Below are positions 52,301 to 55,930 of a DNA stretch of 55,930 nucleotides, one piece after another. The position numbers were made by a program, and so were the translations under genes. This DNA is from Intoshia linei (taxonomy: Eukaryota; Animalia; Orthonectida). The notes below the pieces were generated by a model. The model saw nothing but the letters and a program-made list of their open reading frames with translations. It had not been told where the DNA came from and ran no database searches. Within the stretch, counting starts at the first letter, position 1, and each line of letters begins with the position of its first letter. The stretch lies in assembly GCA_001642005.1 (NCBI GenBank), contig LWCA01000097.1:1-55930 (forward strand), read 5' to 3'.

Positions 52301-53991
52301 ATGTCAAAAATCCATGCATATGGAAATTTTATTGATCAACCTCTCTATTTGAAAAGCAATAAGGTTGATATTTTAGGACGCTATCACTATTTATTGAAAT
52401 ATCAAAAAGCTGTATTAACAGTTAAAAGAATTGCTACTGAGTCAATAAATTTGTGGGAAAAATGTAGTATTCTTCATCAAAATATAAGACAGGTTATAAG
52501 AAAAATCAATACCTGCATTAAAATCTATAAATATTACAGTACAAAAAAATGAGTAAACAGAAAAAATTAAATATTAAAAATTCACGGACAAAATTATTCG
52601 ACATTAAAACCAATCTATATATTTGTATGGAAGATGAAAAGTTTTTTTAATTACCAAGTGATATAGATTGCAATGTTGGTAGAGTATCAAATATAGTCGA
52701 AATGATGAATATTCATCCATCTAAAATGAAAAGAACAGAAAAACGGGAATGCAAATGCGAACCAATTAAAAAAATTTCTGATACTGAAATAAAATATGAG
52801 AATGATTTTAATTACATCCCATCGGTTCCCAAATAAACAAATAATTTAAATGAAAAGAATTGACTAGCACTTCAGAAAATATTGGAATTTCAATGATATC
52901 AACAATCACTGTAGCAAATGCAATATTATATATATATTTTAATATTCATGAAAACATTAAAGGCAACAGCTGTAAATACATGATCCAATAATGGTGTTTT
53001 TTGTCGATTAAAAGTAATATTCCCAAATATTAAATACATTATATGTATTACCCTTGTCGTTTACATATTTTCGACAGGTTACTGTATTATTACGTGGAAG
53101 AAATGTTCCCAACTACCTCATCTCCTAATTCGGATTATTATTTTATAAACACACTGAGAGATCAATTTGACGTTTTACTGTTTAACTATACAAAATTAGA
53201 TGTATCTGATAGAAAATATCCTCGCATGAACCGAAACGATTATAACGAACCTTCATTGTTAATTAAATCCTACAACATGGCTTGTAGAAGCTGGATTTTT
53301 AGCAGTGGTCGATATTTTTAGTAAGAAGAGGTCAAAATTGGATGTGAGCAACCGAGGAATAATGCGATTAAGATTGAATAAACTAATAGAAATTGATTAC
53401 GATTCATTGTGCAACAAAGACCAACGCCAAGGCAGTCACTAAGTAGTATAAATTTAAATTTACTTGTTGATTATTATTTTTTAACACTTTTTTTGATACT
53501 TTAAAATTTAAATAAATAATGCATTTTACTGTTAATAAAAGTAGATATTTTAAGTTTTTATTAAGGGGGCCATGGAATTTTAGGCAAAACTTTTTTGTTT
53601 CATGGCCTGACAAAGGTTGAGAATCGCTGAATTAAATTATATACACATTTCAAGGCAACTAACAATAATCCAAACATAAAATTTGAACGTCGAGGTCCAA
53701 TATGCAAAGCAAGATGCAAGCAAATGCAATTCTATATCTATATATGCTATCAAGTATTCTATGCTTACAAAAAATACCAATTTACGTGGAAGCTATAATT
53801 TTATAGCAGATTATTGGGGGCCGGCTTGGTTTCAATGTAGAAATAATTTGACTGCTATAAAAAAGCTTAAACCAACATGCAATGGTAAAGTATTGGATTG
53901 CTACGAAAAACATCTTGCTATTCAAACGCAATATTTACTAAATGTGGAAATAACAAACGAGATATGCGAACGAGTCTTTTCCAGCTTATAA
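52301..53991 (+). pseudogene. Decayed hATm-like transposase, interrupted by a hAT MITE end near 53560-53630
   Basis: Ordered fragments KRIATESINLWEKCSI..IRQVIRKI, YYPCRLHIFD (CRHH-like), TSSPN, SIYAIKYSML, FIADYWGPAWF and VEITNEICER (NxxAER-like), with stops and frameshifts. Confidence 0.6.
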
Positions 53992-55930
53992 AAATTCGCG
54001 GATAGGCATCTCAAGGATATTGCTAACAAATTTATCATTTATGTCAATAAATCTTTCTTATAATGTTATTTATTTATATAATTATATACTGTACTGGACT
54101 GGCAATTAAATGATTGTATTTAGTAAAAGTTTGTCGATCGTCTCAAGTCTAACCCAATTTTATTTAAAATTTTTCATTAGTTCTTTAAATATAAGAGGTT
54201 TAAATATTCTATTATTTGGAAAGAAGTAAAAACTAAATGAAAAATAACTTGAAATTCATATAGGGGCTAATTGTAACACCTTTTTCATTTCCAAATTTTC
54301 TTTTTAACTAAATTTAACGAATCTAACTTATTAAATTGATAAACCTTAATTTTATTCGTTATTTACAATTCTATTGATATCAATTGAATCACAACATTTT
54401 ACTGCAAGTGATGGCGAATTATTTTTTTTAAAGATTGATTATTTTCAAAATTTCATCGTTATAAAGTTTTTATTTAGAAAATTATAAATTAAAAATAGTT
54501 TCTGATGACGAAAATGACAAAAAAAAGAGTATAATGCAGCCATTCTCAACGGGGTCCATGAAAATTATATAAATTTATTACATATTATAGACATTTTCAG
54601 TAACATAAAGTCGTTTTTAAAACGTAAAGGCTCAGAAATACTAATATAAAACATGTAAATCATGTAAAAGTAAATTTTTTTGTATTAAATTAAATTACTT
54701 ACAAGTGTAAAAACTTATTGGGAAACCTCCATTGTTTTATTTTAGGAGCAACGGTTTTATTTAATTATTTTATTAAAATTTATGACTGAGCCAAGTTTCT
54801 TATCATAAAAAAAGCATTAAATTTCAAATTGAAAATATGACAAAAAATCAGTCAATATTCATGATTCTATGAAACATCAACCAAGGGATATAAAATATGA
54901 ATTTTTTATAGGGAAGATAGATAATATAGACTTTTTATTGATCTGATAAAATAAGTAGTAAACAATTAATAATGCACTGTAAACAATACCTGAAAACATG
55001 TTCCATTTTGGGAACATTGACAAGTTAAAAGTTAATATTAATAGTTATCAAGTTTATCATCTCGCAAAAATAGAGTACTCCAAGTCTTTTGACCATCATT
55101 TGTTTTACCATTATGTAATGATTCATTAAAAATTGTCTTTATTATGAATTTTTTTGGGGTCATTTTTAAATGCTAGATGCATTTAAACTAATAATTTATA
55201 AAAATTGTATACAGATATAATTAAAATAGCAATGATATTTGAGATAAAATTCATATTTCTTTTTAGCACGTTTTGTCGTTTCTAAGATAAAATTGTAATA
55301 TACACATTTTAATAAACGCGCAGTAAATAAACAAACATACAAATTTCATTAAAGTTGGATTGTAATTTAGTATTCAATTCAGTTTTTTAGCTCAGCTTCT
55401 AGAGAGTTCATATTTATTTTTTTCATTAAAATGTATTTAAAACATAAATTTTCATAATTTTTCAATTTCATAATGACACACTCCAATTTTCAGAATTAAA
55501 ATAAAATTTTGAAATTTTTATATTTGACCAATATTACAAAAACGCCCTGTGAGGTTAAATATTTCATTTTTTCACTTAAAATTTGGTATATGTCTTAGTG
55601 GGTCGTACATTAATCGTATCCATGTTTAAAATAAAATCATTGGCGCCAATTAAGAAAAAGGGGGGTAAGCGCGCGAAAACCTTAAAAAGGAACACTGCTT
55701 AATGTTTTTACGGTAAATTTTTCTAAAAATATATTTTTTAGGGATTTTTAAGTACTCTCTTCAGCGTGGTATAGAGTATTTTCAACAATAATCAATTTTT
55801 GGAAAAATCGAAGAGCCCTAACATACATATGTGAATATTAGGGGTGTGAATTTTTTCACTTTTTTGCGAAAATACCAAAGTGCCACCCCATACGTGGAAG
55901 ATGGGGTTGAATGATACACAATTATCAAAA

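Overview
Very AT-rich eukaryotic (animal) genomic DNA with GT-AG introns, many only 33-50 nt long. This resembles a compact parasite genome such as the orthonectid Intoshia, but that attribution is inference only. Genes reconstructed by hand: a SPIDR-like gene (-, 153-2388, 5' end unresolved); the 3' part of a multi-exon WD40 gene (+, 7042-14965); the 3' part of IFT88 (-, 15174-17162); two divergent adenylyl cyclase type-9-like paralogues arranged tail-to-tail (+21008-32092 and -32674-40317); a glycine-transporter-like SLC6 gene (+44908-47393); and an intronless orphan ORF (-50510-51184). Larger introns and intergenic DNA are filled with non-autonomous Helitrons (at least three families), hAT and TA-flanked MITEs, and decayed hAT transposases. 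A single N at 19440 marks an assembly join. The most unusual observations are: (1) a hAT-type TIR element inside an intron of cyclase 1 that carries a ~94%-identical genomic copy of catalytic-domain exons of cyclase 2, antisense to its host transcript; (2) a Helitron inserted at the exact apex of a large fold-back element; (3) a decayed viral-like P-loop kinase ORF apparently carried inside a Helitron. All homology calls are from remembered motifs; no searches were run.
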